A stretch of DNA of 64,000 nucleotides from an uncultured virus (IMG/VR IMGVR_UViG_3300032299_001035) (lineage: Duplodnaviria > Heunggongvirae > Uroviricota > Caudoviricetes). The position numbers were made by a program, and so were the translations under genes. The DNA lies in IMG/VR virus record IMGVR_UViG_3300032299_001035, one strand, 5' to 3'. Shown one piece after another: positions 40,361-47,998 of the stretch (positions are counted from its first letter, which is position 1; every line of letters starts with the position of its first letter). The notes beneath the pieces were generated by a model. It was not told the DNA's origin, did not search any database, and worked only from the letters and a program-made list of their open reading frames with translations.

Positions 40361-40588
40361 TTATTCAAAAGATTCATCTTTTAATAGTATATATGTTGGT
40401 ATTAATGTAACAACAGATAATATACTAAGCAATGATATTACAATGTAATTACAAGGTAATCCTAATGCAAAAGATAATTCTCTATCAGTTACCATACCTT
40501 TTATTACATCTAATAATAAGATTATAGAAGTTGCTTCTAATAAAATGCAATAAAGAAATAAAATTTGTTTTATTGTTTTTCTTTTCAT
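40361..40588 (-). CDS. Small two-TM membrane protein
   Basis: Two hydrophobic segments. Confidence 0.6.
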   Translation of the reverse strand: MKRKTIKQILFLYCILLEATSIILLLDVIKGMVTDRELSFALGLPCNYIVISLLSILSVVTLIPTYILLKDESFE

Positions 40589-40590
40589 GT

Positions 40591-40842
40591 TTAAAGATTT
40601 TTAATTTTTATTAATGTTTCGTTTACTTGTTCTTCAGTTAAATAACCCATTACATCAGCCATAATAGGTGTGTCATAAGTTATTTCTCCATCACTATCTA
40701 ATATAGCTAATTCCCATAAACCATCTTTTGATCCATATGAGTATGTAGTTCTAACTATAGATGCACCATAACCATTTTCAGCTTGATAATGATATTGAAT
40801 ACCATCTTCTCTATCAGTTTTTTTTAATGTTTTAAAATCCAT
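40591..40842 (-). CDS. Conserved small phage protein
   Basis: NGYGASIV...SYG..DGLWELAILD...DVMGYLT. Confidence 0.8.
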   Translation of the reverse strand: MDFKTLKKTDREDGIQYHYQAENGYGASIVRTTYSYGSKDGLWELAILDSDGEITYDTPIMADVMGYLTEEQVNETLIKIKNL

Positions 40843-40856
40843 TATTTAAGTTTTAG

Positions 40857-41093
40857 TTAATTAATTGTTGTGTCTTTGCAATCTACATTAAGAATATATT
40901 CACATTCTTCATATGTTTTTTTAGGATTACCTATATGTATTTCTTTAATACACCAAGCATCAGTGAATGCTTCATATTCTGTATTAGCAGGACATTCTTC
41001 CCAATTACATTTATGTTTGCTTTGATTGTTGAATATTAAGAATCCAACTACAGTTACAACTATAACTGCTATGATAATTTGTAGTTTTTTCAT
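40857..41093 (-). CDS. Small membrane-anchored Cys-containing protein
   Basis: N-terminal TM segment. Confidence 0.65.
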   Translation of the reverse strand: MKKLQIIIAVIVVTVVGFLIFNNQSKHKCNWEECPANTEYEAFTDAWCIKEIHIGNPKKTYEECEYILNVDCKDTTIN

Positions 41094-41121
41094 TTGTTTT
41101 GTTTTTAAATTGTTAATGATA

Positions 41122-41156
41122 AGTTAAAGGGTTTGATGTAATCTCCCCCCTTAACT
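41122..41156 (-). repeat. Intergenic hairpin motif copy A (GGA/AAA internal loop)
   Basis: AGUUAAGGGG-GGA-GAUUACAUC-AAA-CCCUUUAACU. Confidence 0.6.
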
Positions 41157-41167
41157 CAAAAAAGTGT

Positions 41168-41398
41168 TTAATATCTTTCAGGACAACTGTTATTGTGGTC
41201 TTGCATATCAGACATTCTGAATATTGGTATCCACCAGTATAATAACATAAGTGCATACATTTGTCCAGGAGAACATAATACTTCCCTGTATGATATATTA
41301 CCTATAAAAGCAACAATACCTGATGCTAATAAATAAGTAAGTAACAATATACTAATGTATTCTAAAAGAAATCTTGTGCTTGAATATTTTGTTTTCAT
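41168..41398 (-). CDS. Small membrane protein (probable start MKTKYS)
   Basis: Hydrophobic segments. Confidence 0.6.
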   Translation of the reverse strand: MKTKYSSTRFLLEYISILLLTYLLASGIVAFIGNISYREVLCSPGQMYALMLLYWWIPIFRMSDMQDHNNSCPERY

Positions 41399-41402
41399 AA
41401 TA

Positions 41403-41600
41403 TTAGTCTTTAAAAAATTTAATTTCTTTATCACCAGTTACTCTAGTAGATAATATTTTGGTTCTTTGAATGTTTACAATACCATTAGATGTTTTAACCA
41501 TTGCATTTGCTTTATCAATGGAGATTTTTTCTTCTGAAATGTCTGTAAATAACTGTAACATTTTGTCAGTTAGTTCTTTGTAATTTTTAGGTGCTACCAT
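41403..41600 (-). CDS. Hypothetical protein
   Basis: 65-aa helical ORF. Confidence 0.65.
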   Translation of the reverse strand: MVAPKNYKELTDKMLQLFTDISEEKISIDKANAMVKTSNGIVNIQRTKILSTRVTGDKEIKFFKD

Positions 41601-41618
41601 GTTTTTGAATTTTTGTTT

Positions 41619-42080
41619 TTATTTAAAATTATTAAAATGTAATCCTGTTTTTTCTGATAACAAACGTTTTATTTTTAAATTTGCTTTATAAAGATTGTAC
41701 ATATCATCAGTTAAATTTGTTGCTTTTATATTTAATTGACCTGATACATAACATCTAGTAATATTTTCTTTTTTAATTACATCAAATTTTGATTGTACTT
41801 TTTTTTGGCATTCATCACAAATTTGTTGTCCTCTATAAAATATTTTACAATTACATCTATAACATAATCTATAACCAAAATTATCAAACATTAATAAAGA
41901 AATCGTAACTGTTTTTTTCTTTTTATTCATATAAATAACACATTGTTTATTATGAATAGTTAATTTTTTTTCTTTAAAAAATACAGTACTTTTATTACTA
42001 TGACTATAATGTCTTATTATAGAACCATCTTGTCTAATAGAATATTGTTTATTAGTTCCTTTAATAAATTTTAATTTCAT
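41619..42080 (-). CDS. Basic Zn-finger protein with NUMOD4-like N-terminus
   Basis: FIKG...YSI..DG.I; CYRC...CDEC. Confidence 0.5.
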   Translation of the reverse strand: MKLKFIKGTNKQYSIRQDGSIIRHYSHSNKSTVFFKEKKLTIHNKQCVIYMNKKKKTVTISLLMFDNFGYRLCYRCNCKIFYRGQQICDECQKKVQSKFDVIKKENITRCYVSGQLNIKATNLTDDMYNLYKANLKIKRLLSEKTGLHFNNFK

Positions 42081-42093
42081 AATTAAATATTTA

Positions 42094-42414
42094 TTAGTTT
42101 ACAAAAGAAAATCCTACGTTGCAGTCTATACCATCTTCATCTGAATCACATACTTCCATCCAATTAATCATAATTGTAATTTCATTTTTGTTTTTGATGT
42201 ATTGTATATAATCATCTTTGGTTCCGTCACTACTATCATTTACAGATAGGTCTTCTACATTAAATGTATATGTATTACCAACTTTAAGTTTAGTTTTATC
42301 ATAATCATCTATATCAAAAATACTAGTCATTTCTACTTCTGGGTCATTAGTTTTTGTATTAAAAAACCAATACATGTCAAATTTAAGGCTGTCAATTAAG
42401 TTTTTAAAGTTCAT
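42094..42414 (-). CDS. Acidic hypothetical protein (start revised to MNFKNL)
   Basis: A-rich initiation region before the ATG at 42414. Confidence 0.65.
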   Translation of the reverse strand: MNFKNLIDSLKFDMYWFFNTKTNDPEVEMTSIFDIDDYDKTKLKVGNTYTFNVEDLSVNDSSDGTKDDYIQYIKNKNEITIMINWMEVCDSDEDGIDCNVGFSFVN

Positions 42415-42447
42415 TTTTTTGAGTTTTTGAGTTAAAAAAATTGTTAA

Positions 42448-42600
42448 AAAACAGTTGTAACAATCAATAATAGCTTTCACCTATATCTATACCATCTATA
42501 AATAGAGCTAGATTCTGGTAGTGTGTCACGGACTTATGTTATAAGCTGCCCCAGAAACTATTATGTCACACACATTTTGAGAGATTGTTACAACTGTTTT
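42448..42600 (-). ncRNA. Unassigned structured RNA closed by an 18-bp perfect inverted repeat
   Basis: aaaacagttgtaacaatc (42448-42465) / gattgttacaactgtttt (42583-42600) with nested stems. Confidence 0.6.
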
Positions 42601-42792
42601 ATATTTAATAAAAAATAAACAAGGTATAGCACTACCAATGCACCTTGTTTTTAAGTTTTGGTCTACAGATTAGTTGATAAGAATAATCTTGGTATGACAC
42701 TGTTAAGTTTTGTTTACATTATTACACATTATCATCTGTGCTTTTTATGTTGGGGTTTAAGTTTGTAGTCCATCCACAAACTTGTTATAAAA

Positions 42793-42827
42793 AATTCAAA
42801 GGGTGGGTCAATCCCTCCCCATGAATT
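42793..42827 (-). repeat. Intergenic hairpin motif copy B (divergent)
   Basis: AAUUCAUGGGGAGGG-AUUGA-CCCACCCUUUGAAUU. Confidence 0.45.
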
Positions 42828-42837
42828 AAGAAATGTT

Positions 42838-43110
42838 TTATGCTTTCATTTCATAGAAGTTTACTCTATTGAAGTTATCAATAAGATATTTAATAACATC
42901 TATATATAATCCACTAGCATAAGCTTTACCATCAATTTCATCAAGACTACCATTAATAAGTCTATCTTTAGATATTCTTAAAAAATAGTTTACACTACCT
43001 GATTTGTAGTAATACTGAATGCTTTCTTCAGGAAGACTTACTTTAACATCAGTAATACTAATGTTCATTTGATGTTTAAAAGCATTTAATAATAATTCTT
43101 TTGGTGACAT
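42838..43110 (-). CDS. Hypothetical early protein
   Basis: 90-aa ORF. Confidence 0.65.
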   Translation of the reverse strand: MSPKELLLNAFKHQMNISITDVKVSLPEESIQYYYKSGSVNYFLRISKDRLINGSLDEIDGKAYASGLYIDVIKYLIDNFNRVNFYEMKA

Positions 43111-43137
43111 ATTTTATATTTTTATATTTGAATTTTT

Positions 43138-43236
43138 TATTTACATAATTGTAATACAAAACCCCCGTAGTTATTTTGCATTCTAAGGATTGTAGCCCTA
43201 AAGAAGTCTGTACAAACTTATTACAATATGTAAATA
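43138..43236 (-). ncRNA. Multi-branch structured element directly 3' of the twister ribozyme
   Basis: 18-bp closing stem with one bulge (43138-43156 / 43219-43236) enclosing three short hairpins. Confidence 0.5.
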
Positions 43237-43237
43237 T

Positions 43238-43349
43238 GTATCCCTCTGCACTCAGTTGTAACCAAACCAACGCTTTACAGGAAGATGGTTTAGCCTGAAA
43301 CATGTTACAACTGCTCACCCTTGGGAAGTAAGTTATGGTGCATTAATAC
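43238..43349 (-). ncRNA. Twister self-cleaving ribozyme variant (type P1 with long P5)
   Basis: P1 GUAU/AUAC; L1 UAA and GAGGG; P2 UGCA(C)/(G)UGCA; P4 CUUAC/GUGAG with loop UUCCCAAGG; P5 CAGUUGUAAC/GUUACAACUG. Confidence 0.75.
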
Positions 43350-43357
43350 TTTGCTTA

Positions 43358-43450
43358 ACATTAACAACCCCTTTAAGTATTTCTACTTACGTGTAAACTA
43401 AATAGGGTGCACAGGTCAAAAACCCCTCAATAGTTATTTACAGTTAATGT
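43358..43450 (-). ncRNA. Three-way-junction element directly 5' of the twister ribozyme
   Basis: ACAUUAAC/GUUAAUGU closing stem; UGUAAA/UUUACA arm; UAAGUA-GAAA-UACUUA GNRA hairpin. Confidence 0.5.
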
Positions 43451-43457
43451 ATTATAA

Positions 43458-43579
43458 AAAACATTCAATTGTACACTAAGACATTTAGCTAACTAACTGT
43501 CTAATGATATATCTTTTCTAAGATTACAACTATATTGTAATTATATATCTGTATTATGTGTGTACAATTGATATGTTTT
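43458..43579. ncRNA. Structured element closed by a 12-bp perfect inverted repeat
   Basis: tcaattgtacac (43465-43476) / gtgtacaattga (43560-43571), internal agaca/tgtct and attacaa/ttgtaat stems. Confidence 0.45.
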
Positions 43580-43600
43580 ATTTTAAGAAATAAATCCATT

Positions 43601-43663
43601 AGGATTCAGTATGACGTAACAGGTTCGTCTTAATGGTCTCCGAAGTCCAAATACTAATATCCT
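43601..43663 (-). ncRNA. Small three-way-junction element
   Basis: AGGAU/AUCCU, UUAGUAU/AUACUGA, UGG/CCA and GACG/CGUC stems. Confidence 0.4.
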
Positions 43664-43688
43664 TTTAGAAAATAAAAAGTGTTATCTT

Positions 43689-43856
43689 TTAATATTCAAG
43701 TTTATTATAAATTCTATATAATATACCATTGTTTTCAAATATCATCCAATAACCATTATTTTTATCAACTTTTGATTGACCTTTAAATATAGGAGTTTCT
43801 AAATCCATATATTCTAATGATGTAATTTCTTTTGATTGTTCAAATAAGTTTGTCAT
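43689..43856 (-). CDS. 55-aa hypothetical protein below the ORF-track cutoff (MTNLFEQSKE...)
   Basis: ATG with A-rich leader, open frame to TAA. Confidence 0.55.
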   Translation of the reverse strand: MTNLFEQSKEITSLEYMDLETPIFKGQSKVDKNNGYWMIFENNGILYRIYNKLEY

Positions 43857-43891
43857 AATTTATATTTTTTTTTTGGGTTTAAGAAATAAAG

Positions 43892-43918
43892 TTCAGGTTT
43901 GATACTATCTCCCCTGAA
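43892..43918 (-). repeat. Intergenic hairpin motif copy C (GGA/AAA internal loop)
   Basis: UUCAGG-GGA-GAUAGUAUC-AAA-CCUGAA. Confidence 0.6.
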
Positions 43919-43941
43919 ATTAAAAATGTTTTATGATTAAA

Positions 43942-44211
43942 CTAAATAGATTTACCTTGTTCTGTAACAAAATTAATCATTTGATTAAAACCATAATGGT
44001 GTAAACCATCACAGTACATATGAGCAATACTTTGGTAATGTTCATTTTTGTATTCAGGAAGAGTACTATTGTAATCATCTATTATTTCTTTACCAATTGT
44101 AGGAGGAAATAATGAAGCAGTTATATAACAAGCTTCCTTTCTGCTAATTAATCTTTCTTTTGTTAATTCAGGGAAAGATTTAAAAATTTCATTAAATTGT
44201 AATAATTCCAT
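43942..44211 (-). CDS. Hypothetical early protein
   Basis: 89-aa ORF. Confidence 0.65.
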   Translation of the reverse strand: MELLQFNEIFKSFPELTKERLISRKEACYITASLFPPTIGKEIIDDYNSTLPEYKNEHYQSIAHMYCDGLHHYGFNQMINFVTEQGKSI

Positions 44212-44237
44212 TGTTTATGTTTTTTTTTGAGTTTGAG

Positions 44238-44375
44238 CTACCATGCACTCCTTGTATTTATACATTTATTTAAAGACTGTGTAAAGGAACATTTCAGTCT
44301 ATAGCTATTTAATGCCGCAAGTTTTTTTTGTGGAAGAATAACATTTTTTTAATATGAAGGATAAAGGTGTGGTAG
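44238..44375 (-). ncRNA. Multi-branch structured leader
   Basis: CUACCA/UGGUAG, UCCUU/AAGGA and AGACUG/CAGUCU stems. Confidence 0.4.
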
Positions 44376-44412
44376 TTTTATCCATTAAACAACCCCTCAC
44401 ATTTAAACAAAG

Positions 44413-44453
44413 TTAGCTTCTAACCTACTGAATATCAATAAGTTAGAAGCTAA
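44413..44453. promoter_or_regulatory. 12-bp perfect inverted repeat overlapping an IHF-consensus site
   Basis: ttagcttctaac / gttagaagctaa; TATCAA-taag-TTA at 44433-44445 matches WATCAANNNNTTR. Confidence 0.5.
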
Positions 44454-44457
44454 ATGT

Positions 44458-44619
44458 TTATCTTATACTATATTTAACAGTATAAAAAAATCCTCCTTTA
44501 ATATCACTAACAGTTTTAAATACAGATAAGTCTTTAAATGTTTTAGTAATATGTGCATACCACTGTTTAAATAATAGTACAGTTTGGAAGAACAATGTTT
44601 TGAAGCTGAATCTTTTCAT
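44458..44619 (-). CDS. 53-aa hypothetical protein below the ORF-track cutoff (MKRFSFK...)
   Basis: Open frame ATG to TAA. Confidence 0.4.
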   Translation of the reverse strand: MKRFSFKTLFFQTVLLFKQWYAHITKTFKDLSVFKTVSDIKGGFFYTVKYSIR

Positions 44620-44758
44620 AATCTTTTGTAAATTTTAAATTTTTAAATTCTTTTAATTTCTTTTTTGTAAGATAAGGCTAACAGAAAAACATGGTTTACA
44701 GAAAAATAATATTAAGTTCTGTTAAGAACCTAATATTATTTTAATATAAGACTTACAA

Positions 44759-45040
44759 TTATTTTGTAAGTTTTATATTTCTGTTTGCCTTTTCAACAAT
44801 CCAGACGTCACCGTCTATTGTTGAAAGCTCAAACAGAACTTGGTTAATAGTTAAATCTTCTGTAAGAAATTTAACTGTACCATCTGCATTGACATGCTTC
44901 ATGCTGGCATTTGCAGTTGTATTGTCAGTGAAAGTGACAATAATTGCATTAGCAGGTTTACCTGTTGATGCATTAAGTGCTTGAATCATTGATTCTGCAA
45001 CTTTTGGTTCGTCAGAACCATTTTGAAAGGTAACTTTCAT
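44759..45040 (-). CDS. First gene of the minus-strand early block, hypothetical
   Basis: 93-aa ORF. Confidence 0.7.
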   Translation of the reverse strand: MKVTFQNGSDEPKVAESMIQALNASTGKPANAIIVTFTDNTTANASMKHVNADGTVKFLTEDLTINQVLFELSTIDGDVWIVEKANRNIKLTK

Positions 45041-45049
45041 AATATATTA

Positions 45050-45203
45050 GCAGGGGGTTTATACTGCTAAGATAAGTACCGGGATGGTTTGATGGAGAAG
45101 CAACAACATCCTCAAACACATTAAATTTTTTCAGCCGTAAAATTTTTATAAAAAAAATTATATCTACATGTAAGTATGCAGGGGTTATTACTACTAAATA
45201 AGT
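45050..45203 (-). promoter_or_regulatory. Two imperfect direct repeats at the strand switch (candidate early promoters)
   Basis: gcagggggtttatactgctaagataagt (45050-45077) and gcaggggttattactactaaataagt (45178-45203). Confidence 0.5.
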
Positions 45204-45478
45204 TGGGGGGATATTGTAATTGTAGAAAAAAAATAAATTACAAACAAAAAGAAAAAGTGGAGTAAAAAGAAAAAATATAATCCTAAATTCAATGTTTGTA
45301 ATACATTAAAGAATTTAAGGATAATTTTTGGATTTAATAGTTATATAAATGTTATTTGGATTTTGTAAAAAACCAGTGTATATTATATATATGAAGGAAA
45401 TAATAATATGCATTGGTTGTTGTCCTGATTGTGAAGGACATGTTTGTTTGTGTTAAATTATAGTTAATGTAAAATAAA

Positions 45479-45510
45479 TTTGTTAGGTTTAAACTTAATA
45501 GATATATTTG
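45479..45510 (+). promoter_or_regulatory. Bacteroidota primary-sigma-type promoter
   Basis: TTTG (45479-45482), 20-nt spacer, TAtaTTTG (45503-45510). Confidence 0.7.
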
Positions 45511-45529
45511 CATTATAAAATAATTTAAC

Positions 45530-45898
45530 ATGAACACAGAAACAACACAAACACAAGAAACAAATGAAACTTTTGATAAAGCAAAAGTAATTACTTGGAT
45601 GAATGAACAAATTGAATTTAAAGAAGTTCAATTAAAATTACAGGAATTAGATACTAAGATTGCTGTTTCAAAAGCAGAATACATGAAAGCAATGTACACT
45701 GTTGCACAAATATCTAACCCACAGCAAAATAGTCCATCTCCTGAATTAACAGAACATACTCTTACAGAAGAAGATTTACAAGCAAACCCAGATCTTGTTG
45801 AACAAGGTTTTAAAGCTGGTGATGTGGTAGGTGTTCCTAAAGAAGCTGTTATGCAAGAGGAAGAAGCTCCTGCTAAGAAAAGAACATTAAAAAAATAA
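45530..45898 (+). CDS. Hypothetical coiled-coil protein
   Basis: 122-aa ORF, first of the plus-strand block. Confidence 0.75.
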   Translation: MNTETTQTQETNETFDKAKVITWMNEQIEFKEVQLKLQELDTKIAVSKAEYMKAMYTVAQISNPQQNSPSPELTEHTLTEEDLQANPDLVEQGFKAGDVVGVPKEAVMQEEEAPAKKRTLKK

Positions 45899-45907
45899 TA
45901 TTGTAAA

Positions 45908-46279
45908 ATGGCACAAGTAAACCAAATAAAAAAGAAAGGTGTCATGTCTAGAAATGAAATTATTAAATTTCAAATTTTTACATATTGTTTTTTAAATAAT
46001 ATAGTGCTATCAGAAGCAGATGCTGAATGTATGCTATTATTAGTTACAAGCAATTACACCGAATTACATGTATTTTGTAAAAAAGCATGTGAGTTAAAAA
46101 TATTTAAAACAGCACAGAGTGTAAGGAATTCTTTAAACAAGCTTGAAAAGAAAAACATCTTAATTAAGGAAGGAAAGAATAAAAAGAAAATTTTTATCAA
46201 TCCTAGTTTAGAATTAATTACAGAAGGAAACATATTATTAAATTATAATTTTTTATCAGTTGAACCCAATCAAATCTAA
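45908..46279 (+). CDS. Putative winged-HTH protein
   Basis: IFKTAQSVRNSLNKLEKKNIL.K. Confidence 0.65.
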   Translation: MAQVNQIKKKGVMSRNEIIKFQIFTYCFLNNIVLSEADAECMLLLVTSNYTELHVFCKKACELKIFKTAQSVRNSLNKLEKKNILIKEGKNKKKIFINPSLELITEGNILLNYNFLSVEPNQI

Positions 46280-46643
46280 AGATTTAATAGCATCTGTAGC
46301 AAATGAAACCAACTTGTCTACAGATGTTGTTAATGAAATAATTAAAACTTATTGGAAAGAAGTAAGAACTTCCTTATCAGAATTAAAATATCCTTATGTG
46401 CATATAGCTAACTTTGGAACATTTAAAATAAAATATTGGCTAATTAATAAAGAAATTGAAAAGTTTACTAATATATTAGCTAAAATGAAATCCTCTGATA
46501 TATCTGTACGGAAGCAGTATATTATTAATACAGCTGAAGATAAATTACGATTGTTAGAAAACCTACAAAAAGAATATGTTTCAGAAATGCAAAGAAAAAA
46601 CTTTATAAAACTACATAAGAAAAATGTTAAGACAAATATTTAA
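46260..46643 (+). CDS. HU/IHF-like DNA-binding protein
   Basis: K.KDLIA.VA.ET.LS...V..II; VHIANFGTFKIK. Confidence 0.75.
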   Translation: MNPIKSKDLIASVANETNLSTDVVNEIIKTYWKEVRTSLSELKYPYVHIANFGTFKIKYWLINKEIEKFTNILAKMKSSDISVRKQYIINTAEDKLRLLENLQKEYVSEMQRKNFIKLHKKNVKTNI

Positions 46644-46938
46644 AAATAGAAAACAAATACTAGAAGGTATTAAAAACAATATGTTTAAAAAAGAACATGT
46701 TGAAGTGATTGCTAATGGTAGAATGAATGTATGTAAATCATGTAGTAATTACACTACTGATGATGCAGGTTGTCTTGTAATAGGAACAGGCCCATGTTGT
46801 AATCAAAACACTGGTGGTTGTGGTTGCAGCTTAGCATTAAAAACAAGAGCATTAAGTTCAGGATGTCCTCTTCCTACTCCTAAATGGAAAGCTATACTAA
46901 CTGATAAAGAGGAAGATATATTAAACCAACAATTATAA
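46624..46938 (+). CDS. Cys-rich Zn-binding protein
   Basis: R..VC.SC...C..GCGC.L..K.R....CP...KW. Confidence 0.75.
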   Translation: MLRQIFKNRKQILEGIKNNMFKKEHVEVIANGRMNVCKSCSNYTTDDAGCLVIGTGPCCNQNTGGCGCSLALKTRALSSGCPLPTPKWKAILTDKEEDILNQQL

Positions 46939-46939
46939 C

Positions 46940-47770
46940 ATGGATGTATTAAAATTTAAACCAGAAACCCATGAGTATATTTCAATAGATGGGTCTAATA
47001 TAGAATGGAAATCTGTAACAAGTGTCATTTCAAAATTTAAAAAACCTTTTGATTCAAAGGCTACAGCTTTAAAAGTAAGTAGATCTAAAAAATCAAAATG
47101 GTATGGAATGAAACCAGAAGAAATAGAAGATGCTTGGAAAGCTGAATCTAAAAGAGCAACTGATTTAGGTACATATTATCATAATCAACGTGAAGCAGAT
47201 TTATGTGGACTACAACATATTGGTAGAGAAGGTATTAATGTACCAGTTTATATACCAAATGTAAACATTGATGGTACTAAAATTGCACCAAGTCAAAAGT
47301 TAACAGAAGGTATTTACCCTGAACATATGATGTATTTAAAATCTGTTGGTATATGTGGTCAATCTGACTTAGTAGAAGTGGTAAATAAAAAGGTTAAAAT
47401 AATTGATTATAAAACCAATAAAGAAATAAAAAAAGAATCATTTGTAGATTATAATGGTAGAAGTCAAAAAATGGCAGCACCACTTAGTCATTTAGATGAT
47501 TGTAATTTTAATCATTATGCTTTACAGTTAAGTATATACATGTATATGATATTAAAGCACAACCCATTATACAAAGCAGATGAAATGAGTTTACATCATA
47601 TTGTATTTGAAAAAGTTGGTGAAGATAAGCATGGTAATCCTATAACAGCAATAGATGATCAAGGTAATCCTATTGTAAAAGAAATAGTACAATATGCTGT
47701 GCCTTATATGAAACAAGAAGTTATAACAATTATAAATTATTTAAAAGATAAAAAAAATGGAAAAGTATAA
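46940..47770 (+). CDS. PD-(D/E)xK nuclease
   Basis: SVTS; GT.YH; ICGQSDLV...IIDYKTN; HYALQLSIY. Confidence 0.85.
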   Translation: MDVLKFKPETHEYISIDGSNIEWKSVTSVISKFKKPFDSKATALKVSRSKKSKWYGMKPEEIEDAWKAESKRATDLGTYYHNQREADLCGLQHIGREGINVPVYIPNVNIDGTKIAPSQKLTEGIYPEHMMYLKSVGICGQSDLVEVVNKKVKIIDYKTNKEIKKESFVDYNGRSQKMAAPLSHLDDCNFNHYALQLSIYMYMILKHNPLYKADEMSLHHIVFEKVGEDKHGNPITAIDDQGNPIVKEIVQYAVPYMKQEVITIINYLKDKKNGKV

Positions 47771-47996
47771 CGTAACACCTATTATTAAAGAAAGAAATCA
47801 GTGGGCAATTAAAAATGAAAACAACATGTCTACAAAAGATGTAATGGCAAAATATTTAAATCAATCTGTTACAGATGGTGAAGATGAATTATATGTTACA
47901 AATATTAAATTTACACCTATTCATCTTATACCAGGAAATTATTTAATTGAATTAATTAATGATGAAGATGATGTTACAAGCTTTTTAAATATATAA
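47757..47996 (+). CDS. Hypothetical protein
   Basis: 79-aa ORF. Confidence 0.65.
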   Translation: MEKYNVTPIIKERNQWAIKNENNMSTKDVMAKYLNQSVTDGEDELYVTNIKFTPIHLIPGNYLIELINDEDDVTSFLNI

Positions 47997-47998
47997 TT

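Noticed and set aside
42415..42480. GTG-start N-terminal extension of ORF 42094-42480
   Set aside because: Overlaps the structured element; a better ATG with an A-rich leader exists at 42414
42466..42510. Hammerhead-like UAGCUC...GAAAGCUA pairing
   Set aside because: The CUGANGA core is absent
43076..43318. 80-aa minus-strand ORF
   Set aside because: Non-ATG start, unusual composition, and it overlaps the twister ribozyme and the adjacent stem module
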